DNA of 64,000 nucleotides from Eledone cirrhosa (taxonomy: Eukaryota). The translations under genes and the position numbers were made by a program. Location: the NCBI GenBank assembly GCA_964016885.1, contig OZ024745.1, positions 101,122,001-101,186,000 of the forward strand, read 5' to 3'. Position 1 is the stretch's first letter, and the number at the start of each line of letters is the position of its first letter. The notes beneath the pieces were generated by a model. That model saw nothing but the letters and a program-made list of their open reading frames with translations, was not told the origin of the DNA and searched no databases. Shown one piece after another: positions 14,261-25,999 of this stretch.

Positions 14261-15663
14261 TTCTCTGTAGTGTGAGTTCAAATACCAAACCCCCAAGGCC
14301 CAGTTTGCCTTTCGTCCTTATGAGGTCAATAAAGAAAGTACCATTCCAGTACTGATGCAGTCTTCTTTTCTTCCAACTATCACATCCAGGACATTCCATT
14401 AGATCATGGTAGGGAGTGATGGTAGTATCTGTCTGTTTACGACTGCATAGGGCACCTAAAACCAATATGGTACATACCACTAAGTTATAATCAATTATAA
14501 ATGGCAGCCATGTTTTTAGCAAGTGATTTTTAGAAATCTACTGACTTCCACAAATGGATTTTCGAATATTGACCACAACTGCTACTTCTTATTTTCTTAT
14601 TTATTCCATTATTTCTATGAGCTATTTGCACTTTCAAAATAAATCATTTTTATTAATATCTTTTATTCATATGAAATCAGTAACATTATTATTATTTATA
14701 TTTTTTTGCTTTCCATGTTCATTTAGCTTAGAAAAGGCAGTCCCCATTATATTCATTCCAATAATCCTAAGTCATTCATACTTATCCTTTTGTTTTTGTT
14801 CCCAGCCCAATTTTAGCCTGATTCTCAGCAGATACCAATTTTCATTTTTTTTTCTATTAGATAATTCCTCCCACCTCATTTCCACCTTGCTTTGCATTAG
14901 TTCACTTGTATTATAGAATACTGTAATACTCAATATATTTTTCTATTTCCAATCATCTTTTCATATCTGAGCTCATTCTACTTTTTAGACACATCATTTA
15001 CCTAATCAGCCATTCTCAGGCTATTTCTTATCAGACATGTACACATTTTAGCATAGTATCTGTGTAGTTTATACACACTTTTGTATAGTATTTGAGACTT
15101 CAGTATAGTATTTGTGTAATTTATACACATCTTAGCATAGTATTTGTATGCAAGAAAATTTGTAGATTTGTTAGAGTATCATGCATTGACATTACTCTTC
15201 TTTATATTGAATAAATTTTCATATTTACATATTTTTTGCTATTCATTATGTGGCCTAGTGGTTAAGCTGTTGGGTTTTGGGTTCGATACCTGGACCAGGT
15301 TGCACATTGTCATCTTCAGTTCATAATAGGACTGGGGCCCCTATCATTAAAACACTGAGAAACCTTCTATGAGAGGCAACTTCGTAGATAGCCAGCTAAA
15401 CTTTCATAGGTATGGACAGTAAATTTCATTTCATGTCAATTTGGTTTTTATTGTACTGAGATAAATATGATGCAACTGGGAAATAAGTAAAAGATAAAAT
15501 AAAATAGACTTAAGTTCTATGACAAGTGACACAACACACATGAAGTATGTAATCAGGTTTGAACTTATAACCAAATGCCCAGTAAACCAGTACTTTAATC
15601 TCATTGTAATTATAGAAAGACTAGAATTTTGGGAAAATCTACTTGATTATTTTTTTTAAATAC

Positions 15664-15890
15664 CTTAGTCGATTCTTTCTTTGATGGCCACAATACCTAA
15701 ATACATTCTCCAATCATTTAACTCTTTTCTCTCTTCTTAATACCTTAAGAACATCTACTTGTGAAATCCCGAACGAACTATATTAAAGTCTATAATAACG
15801 ACTTATTTTCAAATGATACCACCTCTGTCAATATCATAAAGAGACAACAAAATATGTTGCTTAGAATGTTTTTAAGTGTTAAGGAATCTG
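15664..15890 (-). other. Candidate non-coding or UTR exon
   Basis: Minus-strand acceptor ctttttctgtcacag| and donor aag|gtattt; no through ORF. Confidence 0.2.
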
Positions 15891-17604
15891 CTGTGACAGA
15901 AAAAGGCAATAAAAATGAATTCGAAAAAGTCCAGGGTTAACTTTCGCAAATGTTTATGGGTAAAATCTTATAAAGTAAAGTAGTGACTCCACCAAATTCG
16001 TTTCAATTGCTACATGCGTAATTCCATTATCGTCCCCTTCACAAGAACAATTAGGTGAAGTCGTTACCATCTTGGAACAAACACCATCATACTTAATTAT
16101 TATACATTTTACACAATTACTTATTTAATATTTAGAATGTAATGCTCCGAGGTCGATTTAATCGAATTTTCCCCTTTCCCTTCAAATTACGGGCTTTGTG
16201 CCAAATGTAGAAACTACTATAATTATTGTAAATATGTTAAGCATTGTTGTTTGTTTAGAGAATTTAGTTTAATTTTCATGAAAATTTTACTGTTTAGTTC
16301 ATCTTAACAGTCGACAGGTAGAAGACAAATATTTGTTTCGTCAAGTAATAATCAACAATAAGCGGTTCACAGATATTAATGAAAAAATATCGAAAATATA
16401 TTCTAAGTATAGTGTTAGCAATGAATAAGTTTCTGCACCAAAAATAATTTTCTAATACGCATACATGAGATTTCTGATTATTTATCCTACCTAGAATATG
16501 GAGAAATTCTAATATTTCCACAACTAAACTGTTTTATAATAAGCAAATTATCAAAAAATACACTGGACAATATCTTATTTAGTAACGTAGCCTAAAATAT
16601 GTATGTATGAAAACAACTCTCTTAATGGTAGCTGACATTTACTTCCGGTTTTCTTTGAATTAATGTTTAATTAGTAATATATACAGGAATATTAATGCAA
16701 GTTTATCATAATAAACTATTGTTTAAAAAAAAGAGTTAAATTAGGTACCTAAATAGGTGACGATGCTATAAACATGAATAGTATTTAGCTGTAGCAATAC
16801 ACTTTAGATGAAAACAACTACAGAGAAATTAGGTCAGAAGACCTACAGGTGTGGCATCATATATACTAAGATAAATAGGTGAAATACATATGTATATACA
16901 CTACTAGTCAGTTATTTTATCCGTAATAAATAAATTGAAATAAAAACTAGATATGTAAAAAGTATATATATTTATATAAGCTTGATTAAATTAAGTTCAA
17001 GTAACACAAATATATACAATACCGTTACAAGAAAATACCAATTAACTCCACGCAACAGGTATTGTATTATTGCTTTCAAATACGAGATATTTCATGGAAA
17101 ATCTGACTTTTTGCGTTTCTTCATATATATATATATATATATATATATAAACGTGAAAAAATGGGGAGAAGAATACTGCAGGTTGCACATGATATATATA
17201 TATGTAACTTCGATTAAGCATAAATGCGCAAAATGTTATTGGAAAGTAAAATCAGAAGCAATACAATTAGTCTGGTATTTTTTTGTTTAAAGTATATATC
17301 AATAGATCGAAAGGTGGGCAAATGAAATTATTAAGTTTTTTCCTATTTTTATAAATAAGAAATAGACATTTATAGGTTAGTGTCTTTAGATTACCATCAT
17401 CCATCTTGAATAAACCAGCAACGTTGAGAGAAACAAACTTACCCAACAACAGTACTGTTAAATATACCAGTTGGTTCCTGCTCACACATAGATTGGCAAT
17501 CATGATTCAGGCAGGTGAAGTCTACGGTTTACAGTCAATATCAATAATGTGTACAAAAAGAAACAAGCTACCCTTAATTCTAAGGGTCTAAGTAAAAAAA
17601 AAAA

Positions 17605-17700
17605 TTGGCTGACGTCTGTCCACTTCGATATATTATAAACACCTAGATGGCGCTGGTGACGTCCTTTACCTGCTACTAGAATAATCAGCTACAGGTAAGT
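17605..17700 (+). promoter_or_regulatory. Candidate promoter/insulator: CTCF-like motif flanked by two CRE-like sites, followed by a consensus splice donor
   Basis: cacctagatggcgc at 17640-17653; tgacgtc at ~17610 and ~17657; CAG|GTAAGT at 17692-17700. Confidence 0.35.
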
Positions 17701-17847
17701 TGTCAGTTGGTCTCTTAGGCGGTTGGTTGTTGCAGGTAGATATCTCAGTCTAATTAATATGTCCCGGGCTGCTTAAATTCACAACTTTTCCCCTTTGCTT
17801 TGGCGATTTCTATCCTTTAAAAGTAAATAAAGCCTTTTAGTAATGCT

Positions 17848-17880
<33 letters not shown>

Positions 17881-18109
17881 AGGAAAAGAAAATGCTGTCA
17901 AATTTTTCCCAGTGAAAAATAGTTTAATTAGGAATAAGTATAAATTAGTAATAAGTATTAGTTAGTATTCAGTTTTAGTTTATATATATATAAATGCGTG
18001 CGTGTATATATATATATAAAAAGAGTCAGGACTCCGCCGGCTGAGCTCCGGCCGTTTCGAGTACTCTGGTGCGTTATGGTCCACCTCATATCTTACTACA
18101 CTTTTTTTG

Positions 18110-18189
<80 letters not shown>

Positions 18190-18239
18190 ACATATACACA
18201 TGCACACACGGCTTTCTCAGTCATCGTGTACGGCAGTTT

Positions 18240-18640
18240 CTTTCCATTTGGAATTCCTGCCACTTCTTCAAGCAACAGTCATCATCCATATGCATCTGGT
18301 GTCCGTACCTGTGCAATCGTTCTGCTTGCATACATTTGATCCTCCTTATGTGCATTTTTTCCTTCTAATCTTTTGTGCTTTGCCGTTCATGCATACCATC
18401 ATTACATATCTAGCGGAGCATACTAGCCTCATTTCCTTTTAGCATATATCGGATATCTTCTGCATTCAATGACTATCTCTCACTATACTACAACATCCGC
18501 ACTTGGTACGCAGGCATCATATAATATATCCCTCGTTCGGAGAGAGAATCTCTTTGTTACCAACACAGATAGTATCTCCCTTAACATTTTGCACCCAGTT
18601 CCTATTCTGGTTATTTTGCTTTCGGATGCTGATTAGGCCA
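18240..18640 (-). mobile_element. Decayed RTE-clade LINE fragment
   Basis: Reverse complement resembles the 10050-10450 fragment (gaataggaactgggtgcaaaatg...ttggtaacaaagagattctctctc). Confidence 0.5.
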
Positions 18641-19073
18641 GCTAGTTAACGTTAGCTATTAACTATTTTTAGAGAGTTTATCTCATGGGTGCTCTTACTT
18701 CAACTACTAGCGAGCATCTGCTATATATGAAGAATTTCTTCTATCAACCTGACAATAATCCAGAAGCATCCCTTGTACACAAAGAGTTTACATTTGGTAT
18801 ATAATACAGAGTTCCTACCAACTCTTTTCCTACATAACATAGCCACATGACTGATGGCTTTGCTAGATTTACTCTAGATTTGGTATTTCTCCTAATTCTG
18901 TCAACATATTCACCTAATAGACCTAAGTCATCATCCCACGAGAGTTCCAATGGATAGACGATTTTAAACTCGTCTGTTATATCCTGGAGCACTTTAATAA
19001 ACGGGGCTTGAGTGAAAACTGGATGCTGGTGAATATATATATATATATATATTTATTAAAATAATAGATTAAA

Positions 19074-19123
19074 GTTTAAGCAAAGAATCGCTGCTTTCAC
19101 CCTTAACGGGATCTTCTGAAACT
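19074..19123 (-). ncRNA. Hammerhead ribozyme, core variant CAGAAGA
   Basis: Minus strand: agttt CAGAAGA t ccc gttaa ggg t GAAA gca..tgc TT aaact; identical to 52992-53042. Confidence 0.6.
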
Positions 19124-19328
19124 AACCTATATATATATATATATATATATATACTTGGGGAGGGTCATATTGTTGTAATAATATTGCCAGAAATAATAAC
19201 AGAACACAATCACTGTTTGGTTGGTTTTCGCTTCTGTATCTTTTATATCTCCATAGTTAATTCATTTGGCCATCAGTGTTTATCATTGACTGACCAACGG
19301 TCAAATATTCAGATATAAATACATATAT

Positions 19329-19382
19329 ATAGTCTAACAAAGTTCTTTCGTTGCACATCTGCAACATCATCAGTGGTACTAT
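19329..19382 (-). ncRNA. Minimal hammerhead ribozyme in the PLE pLTR
   Basis: CTGATGA t gttgca gatg tgcaac GAAA gaactt. Confidence 0.8.
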
Positions 19383-19659
19383 TATGTTTCCTCCTGTTGT
19401 ATTCTATGTCTAGGCCATTTTTATTTTATCTATTTATTTATTTATTTATTTATTTTTTGTCTTCGTCACTGCGCATGCGTTTGCGTGTGTGTATAGTGTT
19501 TGGTGTGTGTGTTCGCGTTTGGGTGACTGTGTTTTGGTTATTGTATTCTATCTTAGTTTAATAGTGTGTTTATATGTGTTTGTTGTTATTGTGTTTGTGT
19601 ATATATTTATTTATTTATTTATATTTCTCTTAAGTCAGTATTGTTTCATTTGGTGTTGT

Positions 19660-22600
19660 TGTTATCCCATTCATTTTTTTCTGTTTAGCTTTGGCTTTCT
19701 AAGCTCTATTTCACTTGCTTCTCTGATTTGTCTACCTGTTGGCTCATTTCTTTGTTTAGATATTATTTTAATTTCTATGTTGTCTATGTTACCGCCATGT
19801 TGTTGTCTGGCGTGTTCGTATAGTACCGAACCGTTTTTTTTTTTTGTCCTTTTAATTCCCCTCAGTGTCGGTCTATTCTTTCTCCTATGCTTCGAGCTGT
19901 CCCACCTATGTATGTTGTTGTCATGTTTCTGCAAGTGCCCTCTGTACATCTTATGCTATAGACTACATTTCTAGTTTTACAGTTTACATATAACACATTT
20001 CTTATTAGTACAGTGGGTTTTCTTAAAAGGGTATGTTTTGCTGATCAGCGATTTTATGGTAGTTCCTGGCTTTTCTACCACTTTAATCTTTAAATGGGTC
20101 TTTCTCAGGGCCTTTCTACATTGGTTAGCTAATTTCCCTCCAGGGGTAGCATCCACGAACATGACACTCTTGTATCTCTGTTTGTCGTACCATGAGGTGG
20201 CTTTCCCTATCTTATGTTTAGTCCTATCTAAGCTATTCCATGATTTGCTCCTGCATAATGGGCAAATTCCTTTCGTGTCCAGTTCTATGAGGGTCTTATA
20301 CTTCTCCGTGGCTCCTTTGTATACTCTGATTCTGTCCCTTTGATTGTAGCCAGAGAACTGCATGCGGTTGATGAAGTGTTGGATGTGTCTTTCCATTTCT
20401 GTTGGGTCGCACATGCGGGACACGTTCTTCATCACTCGTACCAAGTCTGCGATCAGAATATTAAACTTAGCACTACTGGACATTGCTGAGTTTTTGAGTA
20501 TCAGGTATTTGGAGGCCATGGGTTTAGCATAGTGTGAGTGGAGAATTTGGGCCCTCTCGTCTATAGGGTTAATCCAGAGTTCCGTGTCTAATACAGGTAG
20601 TCTATTGTTAGGGTGTTTGGAAGGGTAGTCAACAGTTACAGTTATACTCTGGTGTATGGAGGTAGCTATCTGCTGGATGATTTCCATTGTGCTATATTCT
20701 AAATCATGTTCGTTAGTACTCTGTTGTGAGGGGGGGGGGGGTTCCTTATTAGTATATTAATATCGTCTACGTAACGAGAGTACATGATGAGGTCTATGGA
20801 GCTCTCTTCAAGGAGATTTTTGAGTCTCCTTTCCCACCATACCATAAAAAGATTGGCAACATTACCAGCTATGCTGACGCCAATGGCTGCTCCCTCATTT
20901 TGGGTGTAGATATTTTCATTGAATTTGAATATATGGCCCTTAAAGGTAGTTTTAATACTAGCCCCTATTGCATGTGCGACCATTTTCTCACCTGATCATT
21001 GTTTTTGAGTGTCCGTATGGCTTTGGTCCACCCAATCCACCTTCCCATGGGAGTCTTTTTTGCCATTGAGGTTATGGTGGGGGATCTACCTCTTATGGGT
21101 CTACTGGGGCAGAAACGTCTAAGGTCATGGCTATCTAGGTACTCGGTGTCATAAGTAAGTCTAATTAGGAGTCCCAGTTCGTCTGTGTCGACGTCGCATA
21201 ACTCCACCTCACTCTCACTGATCATTTCCATACATTTTTCCACAGAAAAATCAATGTTAATGGATGGATACAGTGATACCACGTCCATACTGCCTATTAT
21301 GCAGTTAGTAAGGTTTTTGTTTTTCTTGCACTCATTGATTCTGCTGAGGAGGTCCTCTGTACTGTCACATACATCTGGGGACATCTTCATTATGGGGCGT
21401 ATAATCATTGAGAGGAAGTAGGAGATCCTGTAGTTACTAGCGATATTTGCTCCGCATACAGATTTTATTGGTGGTCCTGCTGTCGGGATGTCGACTGTCT
21501 TATGGTCTTTGCGGAGCCCATACAAGGGAGGTATGTCATTGTTAGACGCCTGGAAGTTGTTGGCAGTGCGTCTGCTTGGCTTTAGGATGTCGGTCCACAT
21601 CATCATGTGAGCGTTGAGGATCTTCTCTCTCCCCTCAGGTGTTTGTTGTGTAATTTCGCTCGTGTTGGTGATGTGGGGTTGCATAGCCTTGATGTAGTTC
21701 GGCATGCTGTCCATCGACATCCTACCAGACTTATCTGTGGGTAGACATACTACCTCACCATCCCTTGTGTGCTGCTTGAGGCTAACTAAGCCTTCTATAG
21801 GTTTCCTTCCAAGTTGTTGGACCTGCTTTGTCTCTTAGTATGTCGGTCTACTATTTGTCTAATTTCATTTCTAGCTATGGTGAATTGTGCTTCTGTCTCG
21901 TCATCTATTTGTTGTGGTATACAAACCCTTTTATTAAAAGGTAACTTAGTAGAATACATTTTACTTATCTTATAAGTTTTGTCAGCTGGGTTGAAGAATA
22001 GTTTCTCGAAGGGGTTGTCATTATATCTATCGTCATAGTTGTGTGTTGCTATTAATGTTATTATGGTTGTTGTTCCTACCATTAGCATTATTATTGTTAT
22101 GGTTGTTAGGTGTATTGTTGTCGTTTTCTCTATTGTTATTGTTGTTGTTACTGTTATTTCTACCATTGTGGTTGTTATTTTTATTATTATGTTTATTGTT
22201 TTTGCTGTTGATGTTGTTGCGGTTGTTTTTGTTGTTGTGACTATCATTAATGTTGCTACTCGTATTATTTCCATTATTACTATTGTGGTTGTTGTTGTTG
22301 TTGTTGTTGTGTCTATCATTAATGTTGTTACTCGTATTATTTCCACTATTACTACTGTGGTTGCTGTTGTTGTTGTTCTCATGTCTGTCGTTAATGTTTC
22401 CATTATTATTATTGGGCACCTGGAATGTTGCCAGGCAGTCACTGCCCTCTACCAAGCGGGCAATGCGATCAGTGGAACTTCCACTCTCGAGTTCTATAGA
22501 AGATTAGTGGTGGGAAAGTGCGTTGACGCACCCGGAGAAGCTTTGGGCCTCGACGAAGTCAAACTGACCAGTCTGTGTCGGAGGACTTTCGAGCCGGGGA

Positions 22601-23870
22601 CGATGGACAATTTCCGGAAATCCCTCGCTTGGCAGTGCTACCGGGGGTCACTGCCGGTTCGGGATAAACTCTACAGGCACGGATGTGCTGTCAGACGGAC
22701 CTGTCCAAGATGCGCAAGAGCGACGAAACCGTTCTGCACGCACTTGTCCAATGTCCGTGCATTACTGACTTGTGGAGTTATGTCGAACAGCTACTGTCGC
22801 GTGTGGAACGGATCATCCGGCTATCGTCCGAGTCCATAGTGAAGATCGACCCGCCGCCTTCCTTAGGTCAGGAACAGCAGGCAATTTTCCTCTGTCTGGT
22901 GGCCATTGCGAAAGAGGTTATATGGTGGACCAGATTAAAAGGACTGAAGACAGACACTTTTCTCTTCGGCCAATCCCTCATCAACTTCTTCAACTTTCAC
23001 CTGGAAAGGAAGGTGAGGGTGGAGAGAGAAGTGCTGCCCCCCAGTACATTTGCTAAAAGGTGGATGATTGTGGTTAGAATGGCCTGTGTGAATGGGCCTA
23101 CTCTGACCATGCGCCTATAGGCTAGCTAACTTGAGGAGAGGGGTGCTCTCCCTGGGTGCCCTAGAAGCGCAGGGTGGTTCAGGATTGGTGGGGTACCTGA
23201 GTACCTGGGTCGTCCACCCCCTATCGGGGAATTTATTTTGTTATATTTATGCATAGTTTATTTTATATTTTTATATCTTCATTGTTAAATTAGTCTTGCC
23301 ATTGTGCACTTTTACTCGACCTCATTGTAAACTCTTTGTATTGTCCCCTGTATGTCGGCCCTTGTGGCTAATAAATGAAATCATTATTATTATTGTGGTT
23401 GTTGTTGTTCTGTCTATCGTTAATATTATTACCATTATTATTATTACTATTTCTCACTCTCCTACTATTGTTATTGTTATGACTATTACTATTATAGCTG
23501 TTATTTCAATACTCCGAGTTATTGTTTATATTACTTCTATCGTTATTATTGTTGTTGTCGTTTAATTTCGCATTCCAACGTATTTTTGTGAAACACTTTT
23601 CCAGCTCCGTTTTGTACTCGATTGCATTTTTATGTTTGTATATAGCAAATTTTGGTGGGAGCTGTAGAACCTGTTGTTCCTGTTCACTGATTAAAGTTTT
23701 CCCAGAAATATTTAGTGTATGGTCTTTGGTAAATTCTGCCGGTAATGCTACGTCTGTCATACAGATATTGTTGATCTTATTTGGGTATTTTTGTAAATTT
23801 CTGTTCTCTTTTCTTCTTCATCCATCTTAATTTCTTATTGAAATGTTTGTTGCATTCGTTTTCAGCATAT
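19660..23870 (-). pseudogene. Frameshifted PLE RT-GIY-YIG ORF with an Asn-rich insert, interrupted by a Tx1-like LINE
   Basis: ORF pieces 23506-23760 (LPPKFA...KIRW), 21795-22455, 20965-21720, 20699-20983, 19977-20687. Confidence 0.88.
22415..23381 (+). mobile_element. 5'-truncated Tx1/L1-clade LINE
   Basis: zf-RVT-like WQCYRGSLPVRDKL...CPRC..DETVLHALVQCP; aataaa near the 3' end; 14-bp TSD cattattattattg (22401-22414 / 23382-23395). Confidence 0.85.
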
Positions 23871-24432
23871 TTTGATTCATATATATAGCATAAGATGTAC
23901 AGAGGGTACTTGCAGAAACATGACAATAACATGCATAGGTGAGACAGCTCGAACCATAGGAGAAAGAATAGACCAACACTGGGGGGAATTAAAAGTACAA
24001 AAAAAATGGTTCAGTACTATACGAACACGCCAGACAACAACATGGTGGTAACATAGACAACATAGAAATTAAAATAATATCTAAACATAGAAATGAGCCA
24101 ACAGGTAGGCAAATCAGAGAAGCAAGCAAAATAGAGCTTAGAAAGCCAAAGCTAAACAGAAAAAATGAATGGAATAACAACAACATCCAATGAAACAATA
24201 CTGACTTAAGAGAAATATAAATAAATATATACGCAAGCACAATAACAACAAACACATATAAACACACACTAATAAACTAAGATAGAATACAATAACTAAA
24301 ACACAGTCACCCAAACGCGAACACACACATACCAAACACTATACACACGCAAACGCATGCGCAGAGACGAAGACAAAAATAAATAAATAAATAAAAATGT
24401 CGTAGACATAAAATACAACAGGAGGAAACATA

Positions 24433-24486
24433 ATAGTACCGCTGATGATGTTGCAAATGTGCAACGAAAGAACTTTGTTAGACTAT
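24433..24486 (+). ncRNA. Minimal hammerhead ribozyme in the inverted pLTR
   Basis: CTGATGA (24442) t gttgca aatg tgcaac GAAA (24466) gaactt. Confidence 0.8.
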
Positions 24487-24742
24487 ATATATGTATTTAT
24501 ATCTGTATTTTTGACCGTTGGTCAGTCAATGATAAACATTGATGACCAAATGAATTAACTATGGAGATATAAAAGATACAGAAGCGAAAACCAACCAAAC
24601 AGTGAGTGTGTTCTGTTATTATTTCTGGCAATATTATTACAACAATATGACCCTCCCCAAGTATAACACTTTATTTGTTTCGACACACGATTTCATATAA
24701 AAATCCTCGCAAAACTAATTCATCGCCGTTATATATATATAA

Positions 24743-24928
24743 CGGCGGTGGATTGGCAGTATCGGTAGAGGGTCGGACGCCATGCTTTCCAGCATAGTTA
24801 CGTCCCTCTACGATCTGAGTTCAAATCCCGCCGAGGTTGACTTTGCCTTTCATCCTTACGGGGTCGATAAAATAAAGTACCAGTAATGCACTGGATAATT
24901 GCTGGCCTTTTGCCTAAAGTAGAAACAG

Positions 24929-24930
<2 letters not shown>
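24743..24930 (+). mobile_element. Young full-length tRNA-type SINE. Further copies at ~13560, 16140, 30285, 42563, 53285, 55385, 55665, 62197
   Basis: A-box-like tggcagtatcgg, B-box gagttcaaatcc, (TA)n tail; at least 15 related copies in the window. Confidence 0.9.
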
Positions 24931-24974
<44 letters not shown>

Positions 24975-24978
<4 letters not shown>

Positions 24979-25485
24979 AAATAAAATAACAGGAAGCAGG
25001 ACTTGTGTAAATCCTTGAAAGGTTTATTATACTATGATCATTTCAATGACCGGGTTCCGTATGAATCCGGTGATATCATCAGGTATTCGAAATATAACAA
25101 AGGAATATAACAGATAAACTCCATGGGGCGACCGACTAAAGTAGAAGATGCTAGATGGTCGGTCGTCCTCTTGTCTATGATTTTCAGTCCCATGGATTTT
25201 ATCTGTTATATTCCTTTGTTATATTTCGAATACCTGATGATATCACCGGATTCATACGGAACCCGGTCATTGAAATGATCATAGTATAATAAACCTTTCA
25301 AGGATTTACACAAGTCCAGCCTCCTGTTATTTTATTATAATAATTAACTCCGTACTCGCACCACCAACTACACAAACGAAGACGGGTGAGCTGCATTACG
25401 TTGAGTACTCTCCATAATATTACATCGAGATTGACCATACGGAATGACCAATTCTATCCAGTGGTGAACCAACAAACCTAAATAA
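24975..25485. mobile_element. Fold-back non-coding element with a hammerhead in each arm, between (TA)n runs
   Basis: Arms ~24977-25118 / 25198-25339. Plus-arm HHR: atac CTGATGA t atcaccgg..ccggtcat t GAAA tgatca TA gtat (25230-25287). Confidence 0.8.
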
Positions 25486-25600
25486 ATATATATATATATA
25501 TATATATAAGGTGGAACATAAAGATCTCCCACAATCTTTTTTATATCCCTTCAAAATACGGGCGATCTTTATTCCCTACCCTATACAATCATACATACAT

Positions 25601-25667
<67 letters not shown>

Positions 25668-25709
25668 TTCAAAATATTAACAAATATAGACTTTCATGTG
25701 ATCAAGTAT

Positions 25710-25775
25710 ATTTTATTATACATATATCAGAGGTACTGAGCTATCTTCAACCGTACGTCCTCATCAGATAAAATA
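25710..25775 (-). ncRNA. Decayed hammerhead (GAAA>GATA) related to the 28/43-kb family
   Basis: Minus strand: attttat CTGATGA ggacgtac...gtacctct GATA tatgta taataaaat. Confidence 0.5.
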
Positions 25776-25961
25776 AGATGATGCATGACATACCTTGACT
25801 AAGTAGATGGTTAAAATTCAGTCATGGCAGTGAATAAGATAGGACAAAACTCAATATTTATATTACTTAAGATTGAGACATGAAAAAATTACATATAATA
25901 CAGAGGGTGCGTGTGAGAAAGCTTATAACGATACATAATAATAAACAACTACTAATATAAT

Positions 25962-25997
25962 ATAAACCTAACCCTAACCCTAACCTTAACCTTAACC
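25962..25997 (+). repeat. Telomere-like (CCCTAA/CCTTAA)n tract at the 5' junction of a PLE
   Basis: aaacctaaccctaaccctaaccttaaccttaacc. Confidence 0.75.
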
Positions 25998-25999
25998 AT

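Larger units (their letters stand above)
19150..24730 (-). mobile_element. Penelope-like retroelement copy 1 (C-terminal GIY-YIG type) with ~800-bp inverted pLTR, inserted in (TA)n
   Basis: RT motifs GSMDVVSLYPSI, GAAIG, YSRYVDD, PVLDTELW; CxxxxCxxC linker; GIY-YIG remnant YSIRC...YIG. 23884-24665 is the reverse complement of 19150-19960. Confidence 0.93.

Noticed and set aside
22039-22839. 266-aa hydrophobic plus-strand ORF
   Set aside because: Chimera of the antisense Asn repeat and the Tx1 fragment.
19660-23870. Selenocysteine-recoded (Naiad-type) PLE
   Set aside because: The endonuclease is C-terminal, and the ORF breaks are frameshifts that differ between the two copies rather than shared in-frame TGA codons.
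24743-24815. tRNA gene
   Set aside because: A and B boxes belong to a multi-copy SINE; no cloverleaf or terminator.
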